From Felis catus (Eukaryota): a stretch of 64,000 nucleotides of DNA. Numbering within the stretch: the stretch's first letter is position 1; the number at the start of each line of letters is the position of its first letter. The DNA lies in the NCBI RefSeq assembly GCF_018350175.1, contig NC_058372.1, forward strand, positions 140,306,001 to 140,370,000, written 5' to 3'. Shown here piece by piece: positions 1 through 12,667 of this stretch. The translations under genes were made by a program, and so were the position numbers. Below the pieces are notes generated by a model, which was not told the origin of the DNA, searched no databases, and saw nothing but the letters and a program-made list of their open reading frames with translations.

Positions 1-317
1 TTTCTTGCTCTTTCAAGTTTGTCTTCCCCTCTAGGTCAAGTCAGTAACGCTGCCAAAGTCTTTATGGGCATAAGGAAGCCTTTCACATGCTTATAACCTT
101 GAAAGATGAATGGAAAACCATCTAAGACCTTTCCTTACATGTTCGTTTTTCCTCCATGCAAAGGACGTCTGGTTGGAAATAAAGCAGAGCTGACAAAAGT
201 GCGAAATTCCGCCACACGTCCGCCACGATTTCAACCAGGCATGTCTTCTTCACACACCCTGAGGTCGACGCTCTCTGGCAACAGAAAGGGACGTGGCAGC
301 ATCGTCTCACAACTTGG

Positions 318-914
318 TGTGGTAGGCAGAGTTCTAAGCCGGCCCCCTTGGTCTTCATCCCCTTGCGCGACACCCATGGTTATGTTGTGTTACATGGAGA
401 AAGAGACTGTGCAGATGTAATTAAGGTTACTAATCAGCTGACCTTGAATTCCTCAAAAGGGAGATTGTGTGGGAAAGCCTCAGCTAATCAAATGAGACCT
501 TTAAACACTGTGTTTCTCCAGCTGGCGGCGGTAGAAGAAGACAGATCAGGAGAAGGGGAGGCATTCAACAGGAGGGTATCTCTTTGTTGCTGACATGGCA
601 GGAACCGTGGAGCAAAGACCTGAGGGTGTCCTGTAGGGGTGGGGAGTGGGCCCCGCCAGCAGCCGGCAAGAAACAAGGACTTCACTCCTGCAGCCGCAGG
701 AGCCTGGATTCCGCCAATAATCTGAATGAGCTTGGAAGCACTCTTTCCAGAACCTCTAGCTTAAGCCCACTGACCCTCTGATTTTCGTGTTATGAGAACC
801 TAAACAGAGAACCCAGTTGTACCTGACCCACAGAACTATGAGATGCTAAATGGGTGGTGTTCAACATTCTTTAATCTATGGTGATTTATAACAAAGCAAT
901 AGAAAATGAACACA
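318..914 (+). mobile_element. MaLR solo LTR, MLT1E-like
   Basis: Starts TGTGGTAGGCAGAGTTCTAAG, contains GCAGATGTAATTAAGGTTACTAATCAGCTGACCTTGA and ends AGCAATAGAAAATGAACACA. 5-bp TSD CTTGG at 313-317 and 1159-1163. Confidence 0.85.
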
Positions 915-917
915 CGT

Positions 918-1144
918 GGGGCACCTGGGTGGCTCAGTCGGTTAAGCATCCGACTTCGGCTCAGACCAGGATCTCATGCTCTGTGGGTTCGAGCCCCGCA
1001 TCAGTCTCTGTGCTGACAGCTCAGAGTCTGGAGCCTGCTTTGGAATCTGTGTCTCCCTCTTTGCCCCTCCTCTGCTCACGCACACACACTCTCTCTCTCT
1101 CTCTCAAAAATAAATAAATATTAAAGGAAAAAAGAAGAAGAAAA
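918..1144 (+). mobile_element. Can-SINE (felid, SINEC_Fc2-like)
   Basis: GGGGCACCTGGGTGGCTCAGTCGGTTAAGC head, GGTTCGAGCCCC B box, (CT)n, A tail. TSD 901-917 / 1145-1161 (15/17 identical). Confidence 0.95.
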
Positions 1145-1194
1145 AGAAAAAGAACACACTTGGTATTCACTGAGAATGGGTCCCCAAGCTTTCT

Positions 1195-1625
1195 CCGTTG
1201 TTCTTCAGCTCCAAGTCTCCTTTCCAAACAAAATGTATTTATTGGTTCCTAAACATACCTTTTGCTTTCTCCCACTCAGCCTTTACACACGTTAATTTGC
1301 CATGCTGGAAGGCCCCTTTTCTGTTTAGCCAAGGCCTTTGAGACCAACTCATAGCTTATCACCTGCGGGAAAGGAGTCTGACACAATTTTCTCTCCAAAA
1401 TCAAATAATCTTCACCTGTATAATTCAATTGACATTCAATCGTGCCCTGCTTTGTGGCACCTTTTCTTACGTGCTCCATATTTTTATTTTATTACTACTT
1501 ATTTTCTTGTTAATTAGATAGTAAGGCTCTTGAAAGCAAGCGCTCCTAATTTTCATGCCCCACTCTACTAATGCAACCCTCGCACATCATAGGCACCCAA
1601 TAAATACTTGTTCGTTTGTTTTGTT
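1195..1625 (+). mobile_element. L2 LINE 3' relic
   Basis: TAGATAGTAAGGCTCTTGAAAGCAAG...CATAGGCACCCAATAAATACTTGTT resembles the L2 3' end. Confidence 0.55.
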
Positions 1626-2411
1626 CTAAAGTATCTCTCTTCAATCTTAATGAGATTAAATGACACCAGAAGTCCAAAGAAAACCTCATTAGCCAAGCAA
1701 TGGGGATCTCAGCAGTGACCTGCCCCACATTCTGGTTGGCCTTTCACTACCGTGAACCCTAAACACACTTAAGCTGTCAAAATTAAAAACGTAACTGCAA
1801 AAACAAGATAATCGCAGAAAGTAATTTTTGCCAATTGATTTGTGTGACTTTCAATGACATTGTAAGCTTCCAACTATTCCCTGAGCTGCCAATTTGCATA
1901 GAAAGGGATGCTTTCTCTACGGACCATATTTACAACGAATACACTATCCGCATGAATGTGCAAGGGGGAGAAAGGCCGGCAGAAAATATAAAGAGTGTTG
2001 AAGTGAATGTTGTTAACAATTAAGAATGATCAACATAGCAGGCATGAAGAAGCAAAGGCCGGAAGTTACCCATGGTGTTGCAAGCCATGTAGATTTGGTT
2101 TAATCCCTTGAAATACAAATAGGGTTTAAAATCCCAGCTAAGACAGTCACTAAACTAAATGAACCTATTTTCAAGTTTCAAGGGAAAGCAACAAGAATGC
2201 AATTTGGGAAAATAATGACAGTCAACGTCGTCACACTCCAGTGCCTTCTTCCTCCGTGATGTTACCGTCCAACCCAGAGCAACATGTCGCTGCACAACCG
2301 TTTGAAAATCAAACTCAGACTTTAAAAATATCCCTATCTATTTATTTTTGTTCCTCAGAGGAAAAATGTAAAATAAAAATCAATTTTACCCGTATTTTTC
2401 TGTGTTCTCTA

Positions 2412-2720
2412 TTATACAGAATCCTAGAACCGGAGGCCTGGCTGAGACCCTGACAGGCTATTTTGTTTATTCTTCGGCATTAGGCAGGCCCACGCTTAAT
2501 CCTTCCTTGATAGGAAAATCTCTTTCGTTTCTAAAGACTTTCAGAGGAGATTTCTTATACTCTCTCTAACCCACTAAGGTAGTTAATAACTTTTCTTATT
2601 ATCTAGCCTAAATCCTTCACACTATGCTTAAGACTCATTTTTTTCTTGTCTAACTATTCACTAGAGGCAAGGGGAAAAATTTATCACTCTCTTTCACATA
2701 AGAAACACTCATATACTGAT
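2412..2720 (-). mobile_element. L3/CR1 LINE 3' relic
   Basis: TTCTTATTATCTAGCCTAAATCCTTC...TTAAGACTCATTTTTTTCTTGTCTA resembles the antisense CR1/L3 3' region. Confidence 0.5.
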
Positions 2721-3224
2721 AATAATTATAGAATCGGCTCTGCGATCTCATAATGAAAGAGTCCAAATGTATTATGGTTCTCTGCTAAATGTTCTGCAAC
2801 GTCACCTACCTTCCTTTATCTACAAACCTCAAAAATGGGAACTGACCCCTGTTAAGGATTTAATTACCTGATACCGAAGTCCTTGGTACTTCTTGTTACA
2901 CCTTCGACATCTGTCTGGGGCCATATCTCAGGAATATAGGATGATATAAATCAGACTAGGCTTCCCTCACTCCTGCAAATAATGTTATGAAGATAATCCA
3001 GTTGGAAGGAGTATTGAGGGCAGCTATGAAATGTGAAAATAAGTCACAGAAAGGTTGTCTATCTAGAAAAAGAAGACTAAAAGAAAATCTATCACAAGGC
3101 CAATAGCAGCTATCCCTGGATAATGGTAGGATTGTGTGCATGTGTGTTTTGTCTTTCATTATACTTTCCTATATTCTCCAAACCTCTTATTATGTATTAA
3201 TTTTTAAAGAGAAAAGAATAAATA

Positions 3225-3264
3225 GTGTGTGTGTGTGTGTCTGTGTGTGTGTGTGTGTGTGTGT
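3225..3264. repeat. (GT)n microsatellite
   Basis: About 20 GT units with one CT interruption. Confidence 0.95.
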
Positions 3265-4030
3265 TGGAAGGGGCAAGGAGGAGCTGCCATTGGGGTTATA
3301 CGGGAGTGCGATGGTGGGTGACTAACCATCCCAATTTCCACACTGAAAGCCCTAAAGCGGAGAAGATCCCTCAGTTCCAAGCAAACATGGATGGTTGGTC
3401 ACCACAGAGGAAACCAGGTCCGGGGATGTTGCAGATGCTGCCCATGTGGGAGTAATACCGGAGCCACTATTCTTCCTACCAACTGGAAACCAATCACCTC
3501 TGCCTGATGAACTGCTCTGGATCCTTAAATTTGGAGGGCCAAACAACCACCCCCTCCCCCACTCCATGTAAAGGTAAGAGTAACTCTGTGTTGGAACCGT
3601 GTTTTCTTTTTCATCTATAGAGCCACTCTGCCGACTCAGATCAAGGTAATAAAGCCATTTGATATCGAATCAGAACAGAAAAGTATAGACTTATTTGCTT
3701 TGCTTTCCCCAAAGTAGCAAGACCTCTTGCTACTCAGGTCTTAGAAACTCAGAAATGCCAGGAGCACACCTTTCAGAGCCAACCGAAAGACACAGATGTG
3801 GCTTCAGGACGGCACGTTGACTACAGTCCGTACCAGTTTCGACTCACGAGCCAGCTTTGAGTGAAACTGCAGGAGAAACACAGTGCTGAGTCTCCACCCT
3901 GGTCAGAACCACCCTCCCCTCCACCAGGAGCCCACTGTCTGTCTCGTGGCCTAAGCTGTGGCAAAGCGTGTTTGTTTCCAAAATGGTTGTGGGATAACGT
4001 AGATCCCTAGGAGGCGGTTCAACAGTTTTT

Positions 4031-4250
4031 TTTTAATTTTTTTTTTTAACGTTTATTTATCTTTGAGATAGAGAAAGAGACAGAGCACAAATGGGGGAGG
4101 GTCAGAGAGAGGGAGACACAGAATCCGAAACAGGCTCCAGGCTCTGAGCTGTCAGCACAGAGCCCGATGCGGGGCTCGAACTCACGGACCGCGAGATCAT
4201 GACCTGAGCCGAAGTTGGCCGCCCAACCGACTGAGCCACCCAGGCGCCCC
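4031..4250 (-). mobile_element. Can-SINE (SINEC_Fc2-like) with 29-bp TSD
   Basis: Antisense head ...CTGAGCCACCCAGGCGCCCC and T tail. Direct repeat 4002-4030 / 4251-4279. Confidence 0.95.
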
Positions 4251-4537
4251 GATCCCTAGGAGACGGTTCAACAGTTTTTAAGAGCAAGCTTTCAAGCGGG
4301 GCCCACGTAGCTCACAGCAAATCCACAGACAACTCTTAACCCCCAAGCCTCCACTTATCCCTCCCTCATAGCAGTAATAATCGCTATATGCACGCAATAT
4401 GATAATGCACGCAATATGCCTAGAACAGGGTGCAGCCTATCGTGAGCATATGCATGCATATATACACGCACCCATTTATGTACCAGCAGGAAGGGAATCT
4501 TCATTCCAGTCTTCCTTAACAAAACGTCAGCCTCAAC

Positions 4538-4650
4538 CACTCATTAAATATTTACTGAACGGTCACTAAGGGCCAGATTGGGCTAAATATCCGAATGCAA
4601 GATGAATAAGGTGTGGCCTCTGTCCTCAAGGAGTTTATAGTCCAGTTCAG
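4538..4650 (-). mobile_element. L2 3' relic
   Basis: CACTCATTAAATATTTACTGAAC...CTGTCCTCAAGGAGTTTATAGTCCAGT. Confidence 0.6.
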
Positions 4651-5022
4651 GCCACAGATGGAAGCAGGTAACTTCAGCACCTCCCGGTCTGTGCTCTGAG
4701 AATTCTCCAAGTAACAAAGCATGTGGGTGGTGAGTGCTGAAAAGAGAAGTTTTCACAGAGGAGAGCTTTGTTAGCACCAAATCTTTCAACCGATATGTTT
4801 TTACATTTTTTTTTATTTTAAAAGTATACGACTTCACTGTTCAAAAATTAAAACCACACAGGCAAAAAGAGAAAAAATTAATTAAAACCTTTTGGGGCCC
4901 CAGTGCCAAGAGATAAACAACTTTCAAATGTATTCTTGGTGATACATACTATTTCGTGATCTGACTTTTTTCGCTTAAAAATATAGCACGCGCATATTTC
5001 TATATCAAAACATATAAAAATA

Positions 5023-5208
5023 GGGGTGCCTGGGGAGCCCAGTCAGCTAAGCATCCGACTCTTAATTTTTGGTTTAAGTTCATGGAATCGAGCCCCGTGG
5101 ACAGTGTGGACAGTGCAGAGCCTGCTTGGGATTCTTTCTCTCCCTCTCTCTCTTCCTCCCCCCTTGCACTCTCTCTCCCTCTCAAAAATATATAAACAAA
5201 TATTTTTT
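5023..5208 (+). mobile_element. Can-SINE, older, internally shortened
   Basis: GGGGTGCCTGGGGAGCCCAGTCAGCTAAGC head, GAGCCTGCTTGGGATTCT, (CT)n, A-rich tail. Confidence 0.9.
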
Positions 5209-5639
5209 AAAACATAAAAATAAAGTACAACTTTTTAAAAGTCTGCTTAGTACCCTACTATAAGTGCCTATGTCATTTTCTTTTTAGCCAACCCCTCTCA
5301 TGATTTCCAAACAAGTTATCCTGGGTATTCTCATTCAATGGGAACTTGAAAATTTAAGAGGAGGAATGGCTTGATATAAGTGTGAAGAAACAACCCGAGC
5401 AGCATGGAAGCTGGATTTCAACCAAAAAGAATTCCAAGGGCACCAATATTCCAGCTGGAGTCAAAGAGGGGCAGACAGGGAAGGACCCAGCCTAGGGATC
5501 CATGAGTGTGAATTCATAGGCTGACAGTGGGGGACTAAGGCAGGTGCTTTGATGGGGACCTTATCTCCCAGACGCTTATTAACCAATAGACTGAACCCAA
5601 GAACTGTGTGTTTGAGGGAAATGTGAATATTATTAATTT

Positions 5640-5900
5640 CTTTCGGGACACGTTGAGGTCAAAGGGCATATGAAATGCTGGCCTGAGGATTATCAATCAC
5701 CAAATTGATAGCTCCAGATTATATCCAGGATGGAGAACAGCTTTGGAAATTTCCAGCATGATGACCGCAGTGAGGTCTTGACATGGAGAAGATGATCCAG
5801 GAAAGCCGTGTAAGTGTGCAGGACCATAGGTGAGGACAGATGTGTGAGGAAGTCTATAAGAGGCGTCAGCCACAAAGTCTGAGAGGAGAGGTGTGCATGG
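5640..5900 (-). mobile_element. L2 relic
   Basis: GGATGGAGAACAGCTTTGGAAATTTCCAGCATG...GATGATCCAGGAAAG weakly resembles antisense L2. Confidence 0.35.
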
Positions 5901-6134
5901 GGAGAAGAGTCTCTGGAAAAGAGTCTTGGGGGAAGAAAGTCTTATTTCTGTGACAGTCCCATGCTGCTGGATGACAGGGAAAATCCCCTGGGACTTGTTA
6001 GTTCTTCTGTGGACATGCCCTTCCCCTGGGGTGCAGCCATTTTCAATGGCTTCGTAATAAATGTTAGGACCTTACCGAAGGCCCTCGGTGGTGTTTCAGG
6101 CTTAGCTATTTTGATTGAGCAGTAAAATACCCTA

Positions 6135-6428
6135 GAGGAGAATCTCTCAAACTCTGCTAGAACACACTCATAAAAAAGGGGGGGGGGGAGACTTTTACAG
6201 TCACATAAATTTGAGAACACAGAAGTAAGCATTTAAATGGGATTCTTCACTACAGGACTTCTCAGAGGCTTCAATATGCTCATGGTAATTGTGCTTCTCC
6301 CAGAAAGAAATGTGGTGGATGGCATCTTCCAAACTTCTGTAACCACAGAATTCTTTCCACATGGAACACGTCCTAACAACTCCCCGAGATCACCCGTGTT
6401 CCAAAAAGGCAGTGTAGGAAATGCCGAC
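6135..6428 (-). mobile_element. hAT-Charlie MITE, MER103C-like
   Basis: CTACAGGACTTCTCAGAGGCTTCAATATGCT core, TTCCAAACTTCTGTAACCACAGAA, degenerate TIR ...GTGTAGGAAATGCCG. Confidence 0.7.
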
Positions 6429-8061
6429 CGAGAGGAATGCCATGCAGATACCACACACAACTCCAAACTCAATTATGTGCAATAACAAAACTAAAGCAGC
6501 TAATTTACTTTGTGTGCAACAAAATGGGTCAAATACCACACGGGGCGGGGGGGGGAGCTTTAAAGGCAAGGAATCTCTTAGTGCCATATTTCATTAGCTC
6601 TGAGAGTCACGTTTCGTTTTACATGTTTACGTCTACGAAATCCAAAATCGGGACGTGTCTCAGAGTCGGTGTCTGACCGTCTTTGTCTGTCCTGTGACAA
6701 TCTTGACAGAGTTCGCATTGACCAAGCATCACCAAACATCAGCAACTTGGAGAAGAATATTTGGGAAATGAGAAATGCACTTTTGTGAAAGAGCGCACAG
6801 TCAAGTGTTCGTGGGGGGGGGGGGGGGCGGCGGGTCTGCGGTACTAAATGGTCATCATACCATGGTACCAAATGGTACTGACCTGGGAGTCAAAGCAGGC
6901 TTGTACTACTTAACAACAGAGCCGGCTAAAATATTCTGCACCAATGGCTTTTAGTTATCTCATGGATTCTTTAAGAAACGATGCGTCGTCGGCATCTTCA
7001 AAGGCACAGATATATCCGCAAACGTGGACAGCAATGACAATAAATGAGAAGTGACACAGGAGACCAGGACTCTGGAGGTGAAGAAGCTTTAGGGACACCT
7101 CAACCGACTTGCTTCCCTTATATCTTCCTTTTTTTTCTGTCGACAAAAGAGTGACAGGTGACAAAGTCCCATGTCTACGTTCCAAGGGCTCTGTGAGTAT
7201 TAAAGAAATTCTAAGTGATGAGAGAGCATGGCATCATAGTTTAATGGGCAGTGATTTTTCCTTCTTAGTGGTATATAAAATAACAGGCCATTTAGAAGCA
7301 ATTGTGACTTAGAATTAATGAAATGGATAACTGCCTTTGAATAAATTATTTTAGCCAATTCTTTCTCTCTAAAGCATTTTGCGTTTTATTCTTAAATGGC
7401 TAGACTTCCCAAGGAAATTCTACCTTTAGAGTGAAATTTTGAGACCTGGCCCCTGGTGATCTTACTTTTGAGGGTTTCAGAGGTGTCTGTCTCCTCTTCC
7501 TGGAAATCTCAAGCAGACCTCCTCTCTTTTATTAGGCTTCTGCCTCTGAGCCATCCTGGAGGACAAGGCTTTGTACTAGACCAATTCTCTGGAGACAGCC
7601 CAGCTTCCTCTTTGAAGTTTTTGTTTTCCTCTGCGATTCTCTTTTTATAGTTGGAGCCAGTGGCGATGTCATTCGGGCCCAGCTGATCTCAGTTAAACCC
7701 TGCGTGTGAAGCAGGGTGTAGGGGAGAGCTCTCACTGCGCCCCTCTTCATGGGAATCTCTGTGAAATGAAGGACTGGGATAAGACATTCTCTGGGCCCCT
7801 ACGGCATTCTACGATTCACGTTGATTTCTCAGAAAGACCAAACGTATTGTTGACATGTCAATTTGCATTTTATACAAAACAAGCATCTTATATTTACAAT
7901 TAACCGTTGTGCCTTGATAAGCAGATACGGTTCTGGACAAGTCTCATAGCATAGTGCCAAAGGCGGAACATATTACAAATTAACATTGTTCAAACAGTCA
8001 CGTTTACCAGCACCTCTCTGAGTTATTTGACTACTGTGCTTTAAAATTATGTTTGTTCTCT

Positions 8062-8315
8062 GAGGAGCCTGGGTGGCTCAGTCGGTTAAGCGTCCAGCTC
8101 TTGATTTCAGCTCGGGTCATGATCTCACCACGGTTCAGGAGATCGAGCCCCACATTGGGCTCTGTGTTGACTACATGGAGCCTCCTTGGGATTCTCTCTC
8201 TCTCCTTCTCTCTCTCTCTGCCCCTCTTCTGCTTGTGCACACACGCTTTCGCACTCCCTCACTCGCTCTCTCAGTAAAATAAATAAATAATAAAATAAAT
8301 AAAATAAAATAAAAT
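8062..8315 (+). mobile_element. Can-SINE (SINEC_Fc3-like)
   Basis: GAGGAGCCTGGGTGGCTCAGTCGGTTAAGC head, (CT)n, (TAAAA)n tail. Confidence 0.95.
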
Positions 8316-8364
8316 AGAATTTGCTCTCACCTTGAAAGTAACCAGAGTGCTGGTTCGTAACAAG

Positions 8365-8405
8365 AATCAAGGGTCAGACACTTGCCCAACTGAGCCACCC
8401 AGGTG
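8365..8405 (-). mobile_element. Can-SINE head-only fragment
   Basis: AATCAAGGGTCAGACACTTGCCCAACTGAGCCACCCAGGTG is the reverse complement of the first ~45 nt of a SINE. Confidence 0.75.
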
Positions 8406-8477
8406 GCTAAAGATCATCATTTCTAAGTTGAGATGGGCAGTTATAATGAACTTAACTACTAATGTGATCTACAGTCA

Positions 8478-8622
8478 CTAGCCTACAAGGCTGTAAGTTC
8501 GAGTTCATGTCCCTCTGGTTCACTATGGTGTCTTAGCACAGAACACGGTGCAATTATGTAGCAAGTACTCAACACCTATATACTGAATAAATCAATGAAT
8601 GACTCAGCAGCACTGAGAAACA
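8478..8622 (+). mobile_element. L2 3' end
   Basis: GTAGCAAGTACTCAACACCTATATACTGAATAAATCAATGAATGA terminus. Confidence 0.55.
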
Positions 8623-9074
8623 GAAAATGAGGGCAAAATGAATTTTTAAGTGCCAAACACATGTGTGCGTTGTAAACCACTACAAGCAAGTACAGATGAT
8701 TTAGTGAGACTAATCTTCCTTCTAAATTTTCTTCACTCCAGGATATAGTCCAGAAACGTAGTAACAGCATGCGTTGTTATCGGTCTTAGGTAGACGAGTG
8801 ACGGATATTGCAATTTGTGGGATTACTCGTGATGTACCTGCACACTCATTTTCTTAACCACTAATTATAAACCGGACAGCTTCAGTTGTCACAAAAAGGG
8901 AACCCTAATCTGTAGGTTCGAATTGGTCTTTTGGTCTTTTGGTTTTGGGTTTTTGTTTTTGTTTTTGTTTTTTAGGTTTTTTTTGTTCTGAAGGTGAAGA
9001 AAACATTGGATGGAGAGATGGGCCTCTGAACACCAGAACTGACACTCTCTCTAAAAAAAAAAAAAAAAAAGCGG

Positions 9075-9332
9075 GGGGCACACCAGGGTGGCTCGGTTAA
9101 GCGTCCGACTTCGACTCAGGTCATGATCTCGTGGTTTGTGGGTCTGAGCCCCACATGGGGCTGTCTGCTGACGTCATGGAGCCTGCTTTGGATCTTCTGC
9201 CTTCCTCTCTCTCTGTCCCTCCCCTGCTCATGCTCTGTGTGTGTGTGTGTGTCTCTCTCTCTCAAATATAAGTAACCATTTAAAAATAATTAAAAATAAA
9301 TAAATAAATAAAAATAAAAATAAATTTAAAAA
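9075..9332 (+). mobile_element. Can-SINE
   Basis: GGGGCACACCAGGGTGGCTCGGTTAAGCGTCCGAC head, CT/GT tract, (TAAA)n tail. Confidence 0.93.
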
Positions 9333-9721
9333 GTGTAAGTGGCTTCCCAAACTCTAATGAAAGATGTTCTTTGGTAGCAGAACGTTTACTCTGGGGAAGG
9401 AATCAGCTGAAGTCCTTGCGAGTTTTATCTGACAAGAACGGCTGAGCTCTCACGTACGATACTGAGATGCGCTCACAGAGCCTCTCCCCAGCCCCTGGAA
9501 GTTGGTCAGGAGACCAGAAGGCTGCTCTGAGGCACCTGTCCCCTGGAGAGCAGACGGGAAGGAGTCAGAGAGCAAAAACGGCTCAGACCCTGCTGGGGGG
9601 CGACAAATGGAGCGGGAAGGTGCCAGCACTGTTGAAGCACTCTGCAAGAAAGGAGGACGTTGCAGGTGATGAACCCAGTACCTTTCATTATTTGGGGACT
9701 CCAAGGCAAAACACCACTGGT

Positions 9722-9912
9722 GGGACGCATGGGGGTGCTCAGTCGGTTAAGCACCTAACTCTTGATTTCGACTCCGGTCATAATCTCCGGTTCATGAGAT
9801 CCAGCCCCAGGTCAGACTTGCCCTGATAGTGTGGAGCCTGCTTGGGATTCTCTCTCTCTGGACCTCCCACCCCCCTCTCGCTCTCTCTCTCTCTCAAAAT
9901 AAATTTAAAAAA
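9722..9912 (+). mobile_element. Can-SINE, older
   Basis: GCTCAGTCGGTTAAGCACCTAACTCTTGATTTC, GAGCCTGCTTGGGATTCTC, (CT)n, A tail. Confidence 0.92.
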
Positions 9913-11342
9913 TCACACACACTAGCATTTTTTTCAGGGACTTGTTTATTCCCGGTTTTATATGTCTTGGAAAGGGAAGAACAAGGCAAAAATTACTTAA
10001 TATTGCAGGTGGACATTCATTTCCTTACTACCTTCCCTGACCAGTTTGATGAAATCCCAGAATTCTTATAAAAGTGATTGTTCTCATGAAATTCATCCAC
10101 TGAACTAATCTGGAAATTCTGTCAGAACAAGCTCCTTCTCATATGTCAGCATCTCTGTGTATTTCCATCCTCAAAAATAAAAATGTTGGTGTGTAGAAAA
10201 ACAAAGAAAAGAAACTGAGGGCTGGTGAGCGGTGGAGAAGGCTATTCTGGTATTTTTCAAATGTGAAAAAAATTATTGGAATCTGGGAAAGTAGTATCTA
10301 TCGCAACAACAGAAATGTGCACCTTAGGCCTATGCTACTTTGATTCTTTGCATTGCACCAAACACCAGCTATTAATAAACCACTCTCTAGAATTTTTTGT
10401 CAGGTTGCATGATTTAATTGATAGTATATAACTAAATACTGTAGGGTTGAGTGATAAAATGTAATATGATGCGAATTACTCAAACCACCTCCATATATCA
10501 GAGAGGTATATATTGAATGCATGCATACTCAGGGTCCTAAAAGCAGCGGCACAATTTTTAAAGTTATTTGCCGAAACCGGAGAGAGGCAGAAATAAAGCT
10601 TCATTTCATCCAACAACTGCGGCTAACAATTTTCCCAAGGGAAAGAAAATGCAACTGCTGCATGGGTCACAAAAGTTTGGAATATCTACCTTCACCAAGA
10701 TCTTCCCATTCTTTCATTGGAGGAAAGTCAGATAGGACGAGACACTGGCAAGGGGCGTGATTACATTATTCTCCATACATGTGCCAACTTTCCACTGTGC
10801 CTTCCTCTCTTCTGGATAATGTGGCCCAGACAGGTCGCACCCCATGCTATGCTGAGGGCTGGAGGGAAAGGCTTAACTGATGGCCGCAGACCTGGGCAAC
10901 TGTCCTTTGTAAACTCATCTCTGGGACTTCCCCCACAGGAGACACAGGGTATGGCCAACTGAGGGAGAGGCTGGAACAGAACACATGCTGAGTGGAAACG
11001 TGGCATGCTTGTCTGTTTGAGCCTCGTCTCCATAGTAAAGATGAGGTAACGGTTCAAACTCCTCCCTGAGGAACCTAGGGTGCACACCAACCAGTCTGAG
11101 CTAGAATGAGTCAAACGGGAAGACCTTGCCAATTCCGAAGGGCCCGGGGTTTTCTAGACGTAGCATCAAGCGCTTGCCTCCTACAGAGTTTCGAAGAAAT
11201 GGGTAATCATGGGGCTAACATTAGTTCATCAAATTGGAAGCAGCAAAATCAAGAAACAAGTCAGAGAAGAAGTTGACAATATCCAGAGCTTAACTCTATC
11301 CCAGTGCAGAGATTTCTTTCTCCACTTCCAAAGAATCATAGC

Positions 11343-11440
11343 TATACCGTATACATATTATACATATATACTACATTTATATACATAGCACATACAATAT
11401 AACATGTATATATTATATATATATATAATATGTATATGCA
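11343..11440. repeat. AT-rich low-complexity tract, degenerate (TA)n
   Basis: TATA/CATA-rich sequence. Confidence 0.8.
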
Positions 11441-12297
11441 CAATGTAATTTGATAAGTTCTCCAAGTACACAAATAAATTATACCACCCAAATAAACCCT
11501 ATCTGGGTGTACCCACCATGAGGAAAAGAATACTAATCCCTGATGAAACAGCATTCTTTGAGTCAGCAATAGTCATTCTGTGGACCAAAGTGACAATAAA
11601 AGAAAAATAAAAGTCCAAACTGGCAATTATATTTATATATATTGTTATTATATATTAAATACATAATAATGCCTTTAGGTAGGCATGCCCAGAACAGCAT
11701 GGGAAACCACCAGATATATGAATGGCAGCCACTTACCTCTCCTCTATGTTACTATATAGTTATACTTCAAGATAGATTTGGGACATTGCAGTTTATTGCA
11801 TATTTAATATTACTATTAAATGTTTCCATGACTGAAAGACATCTTACATTAAAATATTTTTAAAAGTCGTATTTCATTTTCAAACTGTCAGAACAAAACA
11901 AGCAAAATGATGGAATACTTCAAAGAAGATAAACTATAGCTCCCATTTCTAAAAGAGTCAGGATGGGAGCTCTACTAGAGGAACCAATTAATTTTTGGAG
12001 CAACCTAATTCAAAAAAAAATGCAACTACTGTAAAATGTGCAGTGATGTTTCTCTTCCATTTATTAAAGAGAAAGTCCTGTGAAATGAGATTTATACTCT
12101 TGAGCTATGAGTGAAGAAAGGGGGTGAGAGCAGAGGAATATCTGAGTCTACACCAACCATCATGATCCAGCCTGACCTCTGATATTAGATGAGTATGTGA
12201 TCCTAAAAATGCTTAAATACACTGTGTTCATTTTTTAATGGAGGTATTGTATTTTTGAATGCCACATATTACAGCAGAAAAAGGGAAAATGAATGAT

Positions 12298-12300
<3 letters not shown>

Positions 12301-12371
<71 letters not shown>

Positions 12372-12380
12372 GATATATAC
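12301..12380. repeat. (AT)n-(AC)n compound microsatellite
   Basis: About 30 AT units followed by AC units. Confidence 0.95.
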
Positions 12381-12667
12381 TTGGCTCTTAATGAAATATA
12401 AATGATTAAATTTACCTAATTTGTTTTTTGTTCTGTTTTCATGAATTTGATCACTTCTCGCAGCAATTAATTTACTTGCAAAACCTTCTCTTGTGATATT
12501 GTAATCCAAGCTCTTGTTGTGTGCAATGAACTCCTATTGAAATTCCAATAACAGATTGTAATTTTAAAATTGTATCAATACTCAAAACACAGGGAGTCCA
12601 TCTCTGCCTTAAACGCATAGCCAGAGTAGCTGTGTGTGACTCCAGCACGTAATTACACAATCCACAG

